Positions 25,440 to 38,651 of a DNA stretch of 64,000 nt are shown here, one piece after another (within the stretch, counting starts at the first letter, position 1; every line of letters starts with the position of its first letter). Origin of the DNA: Selaginella moellendorffii (Eukaryota > Plantae > Lycopodiophyta); contig NW_003314306.1 of assembly GCF_000143415.4 (NCBI RefSeq), positions 1,369,129 to 1,433,128 on the forward strand, given 5' to 3'. Below the pieces are notes generated by a model, which was given only the letters and a program-made list of their open reading frames with translations, searched no databases and was not told the DNA's origin. The translations under genes and the position numbers were made by a program.

Positions 25440-26300
25440 ATAGTGAATCCTATGTGGGCAGGGGCATATCACACTATTGTAAGTTGGGTGACTCCCAGAG
25501 CAGCAAAGGTGGCTGACTCCGTTGGTCATTTCCTTGTCGACAACGGCTGGAAGGTGTTTGAGTGGGTAGCGCATCAGCGTTAGACAAAGAGGTTGCCCTC
25601 TAACTCATTTAAGTCGGTGCATTTCTCACATAGTGTGAGTACCGTGAACTTTTTCTGGAGTTGTTTCCTTGGCAATATTCTAAACTCAAGTATGTATCGA
25701 TGAGGACGTCGATCTTCTCTAGGAGGGGAGAGTGTCGCGAATGTGACTTCGGGTATTGAAAGTTATCTATCGACCAATCCTTACGGACACTCTTTCCTTA
25801 CTGCCACGACAGCAAGAGGTCGGTATTGCTGGACCCTTTATCAGTCCCTCTTATGCTAGTGGAGTTAACTGGGCATTTTGAGTGTACTTAGACCAGACGA
25901 GCATAAAGATGGAATTCCTACATGTTATTAGCTAAGCATACTTAGCCCGGTAAGGAGTTCCCGTCTCATTTTGTCTTGCACTAGCTAGTGACAAAAACCC
26001 TTGGGTATTGAGATTGGTCCCTCAATATCGCTGGATGATAGCTTACCGTGTCTGCCAAACACCCTTGTTATTATGCCCTTTGTGTTAGTCTCATTTCAGT
26101 CCCAAATGCTATTTATGGAAAGTGTCTAGATTTGCTCATTTGGCAAATCTACGGAATGTAGAGATTGTCCTGAACACAATGGTGTTCGTCCCGTGTCCAA
26201 ATTCGCAATCTAATGCCATTCCATATTTAGTAAGTTTTGAGCTTATGCTAGAGATTAACTCCTGATACTAAGGGAGGTTTGGGGTGAAAGCCCAAAGCAT
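25440..26300 (+). mobile_element. 3' end of a gypsy element: polypurine tract followed by an LTR start
   Basis: gaggacgtcgatcttctct-AGGAGGGGAGAG (25721-25732)-TGTCGCG is a typical pol end / PPT / TG junction. The LTR right end was not located. Confidence 0.5.
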
Positions 26301-26649
26301 GTGTTCCTTGGGGGGGGGGGGGGGGGGGGGCGGTTGTGGGGGGTTCCAAATGTATAGTAGGGATAGTGGGTAGGTTGGGCATGGCTGACAAACCTGAGGC
26401 ATAGTCTAGCTCCCCCTTGCATGCCTGTCCTTGTTCTGCGTCCGGCTTGGGTCTAAGCCCAAGTTCCATTCCATGCTAGCTGGTGGAGTACCCATATCCT
26501 CACGTTAGGCCATTGGTATGCCAAAATAGTGCTAGACTCCGTTTGGCTACATTTTGAGTGCTGGTCTTGACATTAGGATGCTGGTTGCTCCAGGACTGTT
26601 CCAAGTCGCTCCAAGCTCTTGTCCCTTCGCTAACGGGACACTTCGATCA

Positions 26650-27780
26650 CAGAAAATGATGCAAGCTCTTTCACCCTGGCACTTTAGGCACGTCATGCAC
26701 CATATTCCTAGGCTTCCCCAGCAATGACACAACTGCCTGGTTCAAGGACCATGGATTCGAGCTCCTCCACAAGGCCTTTTCAACACACCCTAACCAAAAG
26801 CTGGCAAGGAAGCTGGCTGCCTCCTTCAACCCCAAGAACAGCACCATAACCAACAGCAGCAATGAGATCACCCTCAGCCCAGCAAGAATCGCTTCCGTTT
26901 TCAAAATCTCCAACAAGGGAATGCTCAAATTCTCAGGAGAAGTTCCACAGCAAATCATCAAGGCGAATCTAGAGATTACTGGTGAGCTCACACAGCATAT
27001 GGATAGCCTCAAAGCCCTCTTCCTCTACTACGAACTTTGCCCAACGGATCGCACCATCAGCAAGCGCACAGCAGAGGTCTACGGAGCTCTACTCAATGGC
27101 GAACGTGTGAACGTGGCTCGTCATCTCCATGAGCTCCTTCTCAAGCTTCTCGACAGTGCATCCTTGCCACACTCAACAAGAAAACCATGCGGACAGTAAT
27201 GTTCCCACTGCTGGTAGCTCTACACCAAGCTCTTCCCAACAAGCAACCATGGACAACCCAAACAAACTCTGAAGAACAAAGCGACAGCTCCAAGGATCAG
27301 TCAGGATCAGAAGGAGAAATTCCCAGCAAGAAACTGAAGCCAGCATCTCAACAATCAGGCTCAGCTCACTCCAGCAACACCAGCTCCAGCAGCAAACACT
27401 CCAATGATTCAACTCTACTTCACTGCTGCCTCACACACAACACACCAGCGAATCCAGCTCGAAAGCTGCTGCTCTGAGAGTACCTCATCATCAGCAACAA
27501 TGAAGACAACTCACACCAGCTTCCACACTCACCCCAGCACCCAGATCCACTCGAAGTAGCCCCAAAACCAACAACTTGTCACCAACAACTCAACATCTCC
27601 AAAGGAAAACACCAGCTGATCGCCCAGGACTCGGTTTCTCCACCATCTGAGAACATCATTCTCACCATCCCGGCCCCCTCGACACACTCCACAAAAAAGA
27701 ACATCGATTACCTCTCCTCCAGCAAATGCCACCACCAGCATCAGCAAAAATTCCACCCCTTCAACAAAATTTCAAGCGGA
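26650..27780 (+). mobile_element. Retroelement-associated extra ORF remnant with a low-complexity S/T/Q tail
   Basis: Reads ...KLARKLAASFNP...EITLSPARIASVFKI...ALLNGERVNVARHLHELL, resembling accessory ORFs of plant LTR elements. Family assignment is an inference. Confidence 0.4.
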
Positions 27781-28390
27781 AGATTTGGACCGTTCAACTG
27801 ATTTCAGCGACACATCTGGGCCGTTCATCCAGCATCAATCCGAAACACTCATCTCCAACCACCTCAAAGAATCTGGACTGACCACACCACTTGCTTGAGG
27901 AGGCATGGTTGCATGTTCTGTGAGTGATCGCCAAAGGTAGTTGATATTTTCCTTTGTGGAGCACGTCAAGGGGGTTGGGGCAGTGAGTTCTCAGCTGTTG
28001 GAGAAACCAAGTCTTGGGTGAGCAGCTAACGTTTTCCTTTGGAGATGTTGAGTTGTTGGTGAGAAGTTGTCGGTTTTGGGGCTGATTCAAGTGGATCCAG
28101 GTGCTGGGGTGAGTGTGGAAGCTGGTGTGAGTTGTCTTCATTGTCGCTGATGACGAGGTGCTCTCAGAGCAGCAGCTTTTGAGCTGGATTCGCTGGTGTG
28201 TTGTGTGTGAGGCAGCGGCGAAGTAGAGTTGAATCGTTGGAGTGTTTGTTGCTGGAGCTGGTGTTGCTGGAGTGAGCTGAGCCTGATTGTTGAGATGCTG
28301 GCTTCAGTTTCTTGCTGGGAGTTTCTCCTTCTGATCCTGACTGATCCTTGGAGCTTTCGTTTTGTTCTTCAGAGTTTGTTTGGGTTGTCC
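27251..28390. repeat. Long inverted repeat (arms ~27251-27726 and ~27891-28390, loop ~165 bp)
   Basis: The same peptide TTQTNSEEQ...PANPAxKLLL is encoded on + (27187-27477) and on - (28164-28445). Confidence 0.92.
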
Positions 28391-28494
28391 CAAAGGGTTT
28401 GGGATTTGGATCAGAAATGTCTGTGGTGAGCTCGCTGATGGACATGTACTCCAGATGCAGTGGGCTCTCAAGTTGAGAACAACCGACACTGAGA

Positions 28495-29575
28495 TATGAT
28501 GCTATGAAACGCTGTGATATAGGGATATGTGGAGTCTGGGGATGATGAGTCGGCTCTAGAGCTGTTTAGCAGGATGGAGGCTAGCATAAAGGGACTTACA
28601 TTGCCGTTTCAATGACATGCTTGAGCTTGGGAGCCGAAGAGGAAGCAACAGGTACGATGGAAAGCTTATCTATATGGCTCGTCACCATCAGGCTTGCAAG
28701 TGTGGGTTTTGAGTCGGACAAATTTGTTGGTTGACATGTGCACGACATGTGGGAGCTTAAGCTAATGCTCGAGCAGTCTTTGAGAAGATCTTACATCCGG
28801 ACATAGTGCTGTGGAACGCACTGATGCTGGATTACGTGCAAAACAGAGAGAACGAGGAGGTTCTATGCCTGTGTTTTCACTTGCAAGGACCAGACCCAAG
28901 AAGCTTCGTCACTGCTTTCATGGTCTGCACAAGCTCACAAGCGACCAGTGCCGCAATGAAAGTCTGAGAGTTTGGCTGACATCCGCTGGACAGCATTATT
29001 TCAACGAGCTCTAGAGCGATCACTGCGTCACCATTCTCTGCATATCCCAGGATAAGTGCCACCCAGAGTACACCTCATTCTATTGAAAACCAGCTCAGAC
29101 TTGCACACTTGGCATACATCTCTACCAGACTGGGAGTGAACAGCCATCCCTTGCTCAAGCTGTCTTAGCTTCACAAACTCTTCTCTCACTTCCTGGCCTT
29201 CTTCATTCTCTGCCAATGCTAGAAGCTGGCAAAGAGCTCCATGCAAAGATTTGCAGGCATGGACTGGAAGGCAGGACTTACGTAGCGAGCTCTCTGTGGG
29301 TCTTTACAGCAAGTGCGCTTGCCTTGACGATCTTGCGAGTCACTGGCAAGGAGGAAGCTCGTGGTGACTTGGAGCTCGCTCATGGCGAAAGACACGGGGA
29401 GTTGTTTGAAAGGATGCTCGACGAAGGCCTGCCAGGTGATCGTAGCGGAGCCTCATGCTAATCCAGCTCTTGATGTTTTTGTAGTGAGCCTTCACTTCCA
29501 TACCGGGGTAACCCAAGACGTCTTTTCCCACGTTGAGTGTTCTCAAGGTTTAGGCCAGTGAGAGAGCAGAAACGA
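28495..29575 (+). pseudogene. PPR pseudogene, copy 2 (no TIR element)
   Basis: Duplicate of 17330-19050. The antisense segment reads LILGYAENGDAVIALELVEIMLSSGCQPNSQTFIAALVAC. Confidence 0.8.
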
Positions 29576-31543
29576 TCCAGTGCATTCAGTAGGCGTTGTA
29601 GCTGTGCATTATCAGGACCAGGAATCCCGAGTTGGCTGCTTGTAAGAGGCACTGTGGCCGAGACATTATTCCCAGTTGAGCGTAGCCAATTGTGAAACTC
29701 ACTCTCTTGGATTCAGTAGCGTGGCCGCTGTGCAGGTTGATCGTCTCCCTGTGGCTCCAACTGTGTAGCCAATGGGGTGGCAATTGGAGCTTCCAAGCTC
29801 TCTAAGAAAGGTCCAAGATGGACATTTGTGATCTACATTACATATTCTTGTTGCAGGTGGTTATGTAGTTTCTTCAAGAGCAAAACCTGGAGGAGAGAGT
29901 GAAAGTCAGTAGGATGAAGATCTTGAGAGGTCTGATTGACCGAGGACTCTCTCCTGGAAGACGATGCCGAGGTCCACATCGTGGCAAGAAAACCTGCCAC
30001 AGTATGTAGTTGGCACGTGATTGGATCTCTGGCTGGCAGCCCACCCCAGACTCGAATCTCGATCAGAGCCCTCTTTGTACAATGGTAGTCACCATTGATA
30101 AACGCTCTGTAGAGAGAGCTTGCTATGGATGATGAACACACCAAATAAAAAGAGAGCCCTCAGACTAAGGCCATGCTTTTTCCACACACAACCGAGCGCT
30201 CTCTTTCTCGACAAATCCATTCGCAGCAAAGAGACGAGACCCACAAAGGAAACGACCCAACACTCGTTCTCGAGCTGGAAATCCTCAGGGAGATAAATGC
30301 CAAGCTGGATCAAGGATTCTCTCCCGGGACTGCATCATGCTGGATCAATCGATTGCCGGGAACAATCCGAGAGGCTGCCACTGTCCACAATATGGCGAAG
30401 GACTGAAGAGAGGGACCATTGCCGCTCTCAGAGAGGTGGCTGCTTACGTTTTGGATCACCCCGGAGCTCTGGCCGGGAAGAACGAACGGTAGACGAGGTC
30501 GTTATATCCGACTCGCCAACACTGACAAGAGTCGTCGCCGGACAGCGTGGGATTCACGTATCTCTTCTTGCTGAGTACCTTTGGCTTTGTAGAAGTGAGA
30601 CGTATGTATTTAGATTTCCTTCAAAGGTTGCAGCTTGGGTCGACTGGATCACGGCTGCCTCCAGTGGCTCGACTCCCGGCCAGAAGAATTGCAACAGCTC
30701 TTGCTCCGAGCTGGCTGTGTGAGGGCTAAGGGATCATAAGTCAGAGGATCCCAGTCTTGTTGTCAGTCGCCAGGGTCAATGGCCGGTTGTTCCCAGAGCG
30801 TTTGTCCCTCGCGGTCAAAGCTCGGTAATCCATGTCAGTCGCCATCAGACATCTGAACTGTTCCCGCTCCAAGCTCCTTGTTCTATTGCGGTTTCTTCAA
30901 CGCCGAGAAGAAAGGCGCGTTCCAAATGCAACGTCTTCGGGGAAGACACCCGAAACCTCACAACCTTCTGCCATTTCCAAGAGAGATCTTGGCTCCCTTC
31001 GCTCACCGCCATCTCCAAACAATCAAGCTCAGAGCGTCGAAGTCCTTGCCATTTGCCATGCAACTCACTGTTCTCGATAAGAGGAGAAACACTGGAAGAA
31101 CCCCCAGATCTTCGCCCAAGAACGCCTGGCCTGGCCTCGCCATGGCCAGGACGCCCAAATCGTCGCCATTCTGTGCCATCTCTCGCCAGATGCCGGGCCC
31201 ACGCGTCATCCATGCTCGCCAGTCTCGCCGTCCTCGACATGCTGAGAAGGGGAGAAACACTGTGGAAGAACGCCCGCGTCATAAATCCTCGCCATGGAAG
31301 ACCCAAATCCTCCATGCATCTCGCCATTCTCGACAGGCTAGAAGAGAAGAGAGGAAAAACACTGTGAAGAACACCCGCGCAGCTCACATTTCATTTTAGA
31401 GCGCCCAAATCCTCGCCATGAGGGGACAAAAACGTACCTGAGAGGCGCCCAGCACCGAACGCCCCACAATACTCTGATGCTGATGCTTGAAACATTCACA
31501 TCCGTACGGAAAACATGGAAATTTCGCCGACTAAAGTGTTAAT

Positions 31544-31615
31544 GGGCATTTGGTGTAGTGGTATGATTCTCGCTGAGGGTGCGAGAGGTCCCGAGTTCAA
31601 TTCTCGGAATGCCCC
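31544..31615 (+). tRNA. tRNA-Pro(AGG) copy, probable pseudogene
   Basis: Two changes relative to 20990: GGTC->GGTG in the D-stem and the invariant U33->G (loop TGAGGGT). Confidence 0.8.
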
Positions 31616-32359
31616 ATTCGTTAGATCGAGGAGCGCAGTTCCAGGAGGCTGCAAGCATATGTTCAAGGAAAATGCCAAACTGTTTCTGTTTGTCACCTGA
31701 CATCATCATCCAGAATAAAATTCCTCGTGACACATAAAGTTTTAGAATGGAACGTTCTCTCTATAGCCAGATGCCGCGTTTGATTTCTCCAAACCGGCCC
31801 ATCTTTTCTGAAGCAGGGAAGCTACTGCCTACACAAAAACACTAATAGGCAGGGATGTATTCCAACAAAATACGAAATTCCAAAGGAAGAATATGGTTTC
31901 TCCCTATTTGGCGGCACAGTCCAGAAGGCCGCAACAAGAGAAAAAATAAAGCACATTCATACGCTCTCGTGCACGACCAAAGTCAACAGTCGCTATTGAC
32001 TGAGCAGGCCCTTCCACTTTCTCCAGGACGTGTAAACGAGTGAGCGATTGCATTTACACGGGCTTGGGGACGTTCCGGCATGTTGCAATCGAGGCCTTTT
32101 TCTTGGACACGAAAGAAACTTGGCTGACGAAACATGGAGCGTTCAGGGCCAAATTCCTATTGGCATTTCCTAGATCTAGTCCAGAACAGCGGCACTTTAT
32201 TCGAGACTTTGTATCCATCTGCTGAGTAGCTTCCCACGTCGCCTTTATATTTTTAAGGACCGTTCTGGGGACCCAGGGAAGCAAATCACTCGAGGAGGAA
32301 GCAGCTACTCTATATTTTTTTTCTTTCTTGCGTCTCAAACGAAACCAGGTGTAGATTTG

Positions 32360-32757
32360 AGACGAGGAGAGATGGAGGGAACCAATCTCATACTATTGCT
32401 GTTCGTTTTTGCACAAGCCATGATCATCGCACAAGCAGGTATGTAGTTTTCAAGCGAAATCAATCGATCAGATATTGTTTTCTTTTCTTCGAGACGAGGA
32501 GAGATGGAGAGAACCAATCTCATGCTATTGCTGTTCGTTTTTGCACAAGCCATGATCATCGCACAAGCAGGTATATAATTTTAAAGCGAAATCGATCGAT
32601 TATATATTGTTTTCTTTTCTTCGAGACGAGGAGAGATGGAGAGAACCAATCTCATGCTATTGCTGTTCGTTTTTGCACAAGCCATGATCATCGCACAAGC
32701 AGGTATATAATTTTAAAGCGAAATCGATCGATTATATATTGTTTTCTTTTCTTCTAG
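32360..32757 (+). repeat. 3 x 132-bp tandem repeat of CA exon 1 plus intron 1
   Basis: ATGs at 32372, 32504 and 32636, each followed by the signal-peptide exon and its intron. Confidence 0.92.
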
Positions 32758-33697
32758 CCGAGGAGTATGACTACTCGAATGGGACTCGAGGCCAGGCAAA
32801 CTGGGGAAACTTGAGACAAGAATGGAGGGCTTGCAGCAGCGGCAGAATGCAATCTCCGGTGGACATTCAATCCGAGGAGTGTGCTCTTTGAAGCTGCTCC
32901 AGACGAGATACAAACCAACGAATGCCACTCTCACCAATCTCGACCACGACATAGCAGTATGTTATCTCCTGAATCCATCTCATCTCCGAAAGATCTCCAT
33001 CTAATCATGGCTCGGGCCCCTCGTTTTTCTTTTCTCTGTTTGCGCAATAGCTCGAGTTTGGCGATTCTTCATCGGGATCGCTCATCATCGATGGTACCTT
33101 GTACAGGGTGAGCGAGTATCACATCCATGCTCCCAGCGAGCACACTGTGAATGGGAAGCATCTCGCAGTCGAGGGGCATCTCGTCCACAGGAGTGAAGAC
33201 AACAGGCTTGCAGTCGTCGCCGTCATGTACACGATTGGATCCGAGGACGACCCTTTTATCGATCAGGTAAACAGAGATCTGGGTTTTCTTTGTGATTTCT
33301 GAGAGTTTTTTTCAAGGTTGAGCATTTTCTACCTGAGCTGAGTGGCGAGCAAGATGTTCAAGTGGTGGATCCCTCGCTGCTCAATGTTGGAGGCAAGCGA
33401 TTCTTCAGATATGTTGGATCACTAACATCACCGCCCTGCACCGAGCAAGTGACATGGAGCGTGTTGAGAAGAGTAAACAAATTATTTCCTTAATCTTTTG
33501 TTTCTTTTCCGCTGACCATGGTTCTGATGTTGCAGCCACGAACGATCTCGAAAACCCAGTACCGGATTTTGATGAATGCCCTCAATGTAAGAATTAATTC
33601 ACGCGCTAATAAACAGCTTCTAACATTCTGTGTACAGGGTGATAACAACAGATCGATACAAGGCTTGTTTGGAAGAAGAATAAGCTATTATAAATAG
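32372..33697 (+). pseudogene. Alpha-carbonic anhydrase pseudogene, copy 2
   Basis: A 10-bp deletion (CTCCAACCAG) at ~32879 frameshifts exon 2. Otherwise near-identical to copy 1. Confidence 0.88.
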
Positions 33698-33752
33698 AAG
33701 ATTCGTTTTAGTCCTATTAGGGCACGCGGTTTTTTAAGCTAGCAACAGCACT

Positions 33753-34073
33753 ATGTGGAAATCTATATTTCTCTTGCTTGTGGCGCTTCTAGATGCAAAC
33801 CAGCTCAAAATACATCCATCTCAAAGTGTTTCAGATTCCAGAACCCGAGAATATTACGCTCTATGTGGAATTGCTTAATAGGCTTCCTGGCCCAGTGCGT
33901 CCTGTCTACCTGGATCCCGTCCATTCCTTCTATGCTTTGATGACGGAAAAGCAAGCAAGCATCTTGAGGAGTAAGTATTAAAGTTGATTTTTGTTTCTTA
34001 ATTCCTTATCGTTTTTTGAAGCGAGGGCAAATGTTTCTGTGATTCTTAAAGTGAATATGCTGTGCTGTTCTAA
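33753..34073 (+). pseudogene. Frameshifted copy of the propeptide-like (I9) small gene, 2 exons
   Basis: MWKSIFL...PEPENITLYVELLNRLPGPVRPVYLDPVHSFYALMTEKQASILR, intron, then RANVSVILK..EYAVLF* after correcting a 1-nt deletion. Confidence 0.7.
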
Positions 34074-35049
34074 GATTTTTCAAGATTAACTACGATTCAA
34101 CCTATCACTATTGTTTTGCTTGTTCTCCTACAGAAAAAGCTCTTTTGACTCTCTTGTGCTTTCTGAAGACGTCTTATGCCCCAGCTGGGCGCCAGGGTCT
34201 TTTGGAGCCCAGCTGGACGTCCTTATTTATTTGATTATCTCATAGGTTAACAATAAATTTGCTATGCTTAAGTTGGACTTCAATGCAACAGGGGTGTAGT
34301 GCATTCCGTGGCACCATTCTGTTGTGGATCTCTGCCCTACATTCATCTGGCAATGGCTAGATAGATAGTGCCCGGCGGCTTCAAATCTCCAGGTCAGAGA
34401 AACATCCCGGGAAATAGGCCGGCCGTTTGCGATTGAGGACAAAAAGGAGTGATCTCGATTCACATATGAAAACATTACAACGAGTGGTGAGTTGACAGAG
34501 AAGAAAGTCTCTTTTCTTTTCCAGATGAGAGCCAAATAGCTATGACTACCACGGAAATGATGGGAAGCTCTACTTGACAGCGAGAGCATGACTTTCACAT
34601 ACTCCAGTATACAGTATTTTCGTAAGTTACTCTTGAATGCATGACGTTGAGCTTCTGAGGGATCCAGCACCAGTTAACAAATCTTTTTTTTTCTCAGTCA
34701 CAAATTTGACTGGCCTTATTTGCCAATGTGCTCAGCTCAGGCGAGGATGAAACGTAGTCGTCTTTGATGATTTTGGCAATGCAAGTCTGAGATGGCTTAT
34801 CGACGCCGGCAAAGAATCAAAGTAGGTTTAAATTTACCGGGCAACACCACTAACATTCAGGAGCGGAGGAGAGGCGATGGACTGGGGCCTTTGAGACCAA
34901 GAGCTTTGCCGGAGTACTCTTCTCATGATGGGAAAAATTAAAATTCGATAGATTAACAATTACCAGGCCTGATCTATAGAGAGCCAAGGACCAGAGAGTT
35001 CTTGGCAATAGCAAATTAAAAAATTTAACTTGAATAAAATTTCTTTTAT

Positions 35050-38000
35050 AGCTTCAAAGATACGTTAACTGTTGTAGTGAAAAATTAAAAATCCAAGACT
35101 TTAGGTGAGCAAGAATGGGCTAAAACTATTCTATGTATGTTGTTTGTTGTGGCAAGAAAACATAGGAGTATTGTTCATCCTTTGGTAAGCAATAATTTTT
35201 TTCTATACTTCGCTACATTGATTTTTGTCTCACACAGCTCCATCAATCCTTCTCCCTCTCATTCTATGGAGTAGGTCAAGGGTTTATCAGATTGTATAGT
35301 GCTTTAGAGGGGATTTTACTCACCGTATGAAGTAGAGATCTGGCTATAAAAAAGCTTTAGGCCTGTGGTTTCATCCACATGAATATGGCTAACAGTTTAA
35401 GCCACCTTCCAACACCAAGCCCAAATAAAAGAGGAAAACATGGTTTAGAAGAATGTGACTCTTGTTCCTAAAGCAAATCCCATTTTAGAAGATTTATTAG
35501 AAGCCATGATGAATATATCTGTCTACTAAAGAAAATGAGTGAAAAATAAAATGCCCGCTAAAATATATAAAATATTCTCATGATGAACTTAGACTCTAGA
35601 CAATTTTAAATTTCTTACTTTATAAGAGTTCAAATTCACATTCACCATTTCTGCCATATGAGACTGGGTTAAAAAGCGATTGATATAGCAAGTCTTGTGT
35701 GCACTCCTTGCTAGGGTAGTTTAACAAGAACAATATCTCCCTCAAGCAAGTCTAAGTTATGAGATATCGATCAAGTTAGTTATTCATTGTATAACACTAA
35801 ATCCATATTGGCTCACTCAGCTTGAATTCAAGGGAGTCACATGCAAAGTGGTGTAATTTTGAGAGCCATTTGCTATTGATTTCTGCAGAAGAAGCAATTT
35901 TCAAATTAGGAGGATTATCACTTGCAAACCAATTGATCAAGTGTGCAAGTTCTCATCTATATTATTGCTAAATTATAGGCACTCAATGAATTGTTCTAGC
36001 CGGATGATCATATAGACCTGGAAAACTTGAAGAAGCTCATCTGTGCCAGGCTAGCCAATATGCCAAGTAAAATCCTTTTCTGGTGGGGTATTTCCTGTGC
36101 CCCCTTTGTCATGGAGTGAGCAAAACTTGCCCTTTAACATGTATGCCACTTACTTTAGCTTGTCAAACAACACTTGCCACACTACTATAAACATGCATTC
36201 TTCCATGGTGTCAACATAATTATCGTGGTTGTAAGAGTTAGTTGAGATATACAATTGTAAGGTCCTCAAGAATGGTTTCCACTAACTTCTTTTGGACCTG
36301 TTTAGAGCCTTGACTTGTCACCCCTCAGAGCATGTTCATGGCGTTCCACACAGAAAATAAGGTGGACTTCAAATCCATTTCAAATACTCTGCCCTGACAC
36401 AATCTCTTGTCATCTTGCTCAGGCATCTCCCTTGCTGCTATTGCAAGCATGGCTATTGTGCACGTCCATGATACCTAGACATTGTTCTTGAACACTTGGA
36501 AAAGAAACCAACCCATGAACATTGCTTGCACATTGAATCCTTGTTAGAAAGCATTACAAAGGACTATAGAGACTTACAAAGTTTTTATAACACTCCTGCA
36601 ATCGTGTCATACTAGGCAACATCCTTGGATGTCAATAGGCACCACCTTCTCCCAGCACAAACATTCCAATTGACTACAACATAAGTGCAAATGTGAGGCA
36701 TGAAAACCATGGATGTATGAAGTTGAACTTACACTGCTTAGAACTTGATAAAGAGCTTCACACAATACATTTTGCATTGGGCCTCTGGCATCTATAGCTT
36801 GGTCCTCCAAAACAAAACTATTGCCAAGTTCTATTGTGTACATAATGTTAAGCTTTGATGTCCTTAGGTGCTGTCAAAACTAAAACTAGAAACATATGAA
36901 CTCACATCTTAAGGCAATTTGGAACAAAATTAATATTAGAGCTATACCATTAACCTTGAATTGTGCAACCATCTTTGTGCCTCTTTGTATAGTCAAAGCA
37001 TCATATTGCCAATGAGGAAACCTAAGAAATATATATACTGTGTTTTTGCTCTCTCAAACAAGTCCCTCAAACTTCAAATTACATCCTTGTTCCTACATAG
37101 GTGCCAGACAAATATGTTCAATATGAGAAAGTGTAGCGATGTAGGAATTTTAACTCATCTTCTTTCCCAGTACCAAGATGCAGTCTCCTCCAACATGTCC
37201 TCTCGCCCTAGTGAGAACATCCTAAATGCCGCCATTACAGAAGAGTCACTTGAAGTCAGCCTTGAGGACCCCTGCAGCAGCTAGGACTGGCATGGCATGG
37301 TCATTTAGCATGTGATGTAAAAAAATCTCACCACCCATTCAGACAAGTTTGGCATAGCTAACAATCATTGAAACTATATCTTCATTTCTGCAGCTTCCAA
37401 TGCCAAAGTTTCCCAACAAAACCATTGCACCAGAGTCTAGGTCATTTGTGGTCATCAACTCCATCTTTGTAGTTGCATCTAATATAGCTTTGAACTCTTA
37501 TGTGTGAAATAGACCAAATCATACATCCTCTCTACTTGCGTATTAGCATTGTTGTATTTGTCACTTATGTTGAGCCATTGTTTCTAGTTGAACAAGAACC
37601 TACATGTATTCTTATTAAACTCTATACCATGCAATTTAAGAAGACATTTATGTGGACATGTTGTTGTTGTCTAGTACTTTTGTGACTAATGTTAGTTTAT
37701 AGAATATAAAATTGAACTTACAATCCATTTGGCATAGTGCATAAAACATGTCATTTGAGTATACTTGTCAGTGAATTCTAGTCATGTGTCTTTGTTGGAG
37801 TCTAGCTAAATTGTGTATAGCTAATGTTTGCCATATTTACTGTCAACTAAAACAATATCCTATGGTTCTACAGTTGGAGTGGGAGTTGATAATCCCCTAG
37901 TTTATGCAAACATAATTCATAGAAACATTAGCCCAGACAAGATTCAATACTCTCCTAGTGGCATCTTATTATATACACCCCTCCAATTAGGATCAATGAG

Positions 38001-38320
38001 CCATATACTTCTATTGCATCAGCCTTGAAATTCCAAGGTAAGTGTCTTGAGAATTTTAAGTGGCAAAATTAATTAGACTTCTACTAAAGTTGGAGGAAAT
38101 TTTAAAATCCCTATGCAAATAACAATTTTAGTATACAATAGATTTAGTATGATAATGGATAATTTAACTTACCTCAAAAATATCTCTATCCTCAATAGTC
38201 TCACTCTCAACACTTGATTCATCATAAACACAAACCAGGTGCATTGGGAAACACCCTAGGCTAGACAGTTTTAGGAAAAAACCAATGATCTACAAACAGG
38301 AAATAAACTTTACCTCTTGT
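35050..38320 (-). other. Heavily decayed, intron-containing, Cys/aromatic-rich coding remnant, probably a DNA transposon
   Basis: Minus-strand splice-like sites and fragments such as RCNYKDGVDDHK*PRLWCNGFVGKLWHW and ALYQVLSS...YIHGFH. No intact ORF; family not established. Confidence 0.25.
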
Positions 38321-38651
38321 CATCGTCTACGGTTGAATCCCGTCTGGGGCAGCATGCATCTCGCCATTCTCGGCAGGCTAGAAGAGAAGAAAGGAGACAC
38401 TGGATGAACACCCATGCAGCTCGCATTTCTTTTTAGAGCGCCCAAATCCTCGCCATGAGGGGAGAAAAACGTACATGAGAGGCACCCAGCACCCAACGCG
38501 CAGGAAGAAAACCCATAAGATTCTGATGCCGATGCTTTATTTATTTTGGGGACCCCGCGTGCCAAAGGCCGTGCCACATTCACAACTCAAAAGGTTTTTT
38601 TCGCGTTCCACGGATCACGGCTGACTAAAGTGTTAATGGGGTTTAGGAGAG

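Larger units (their letters stand above)
27647..34510 (+). repeat. Segmental duplication, copy 2
   Basis: Near-identical to 16446-23490. Confidence 0.95.

Noticed and set aside
26311-26330. Poly-G tract (also ~5144-5157)
   Set aside because: A simple homopolymer within transposon debris, with unreliable length.
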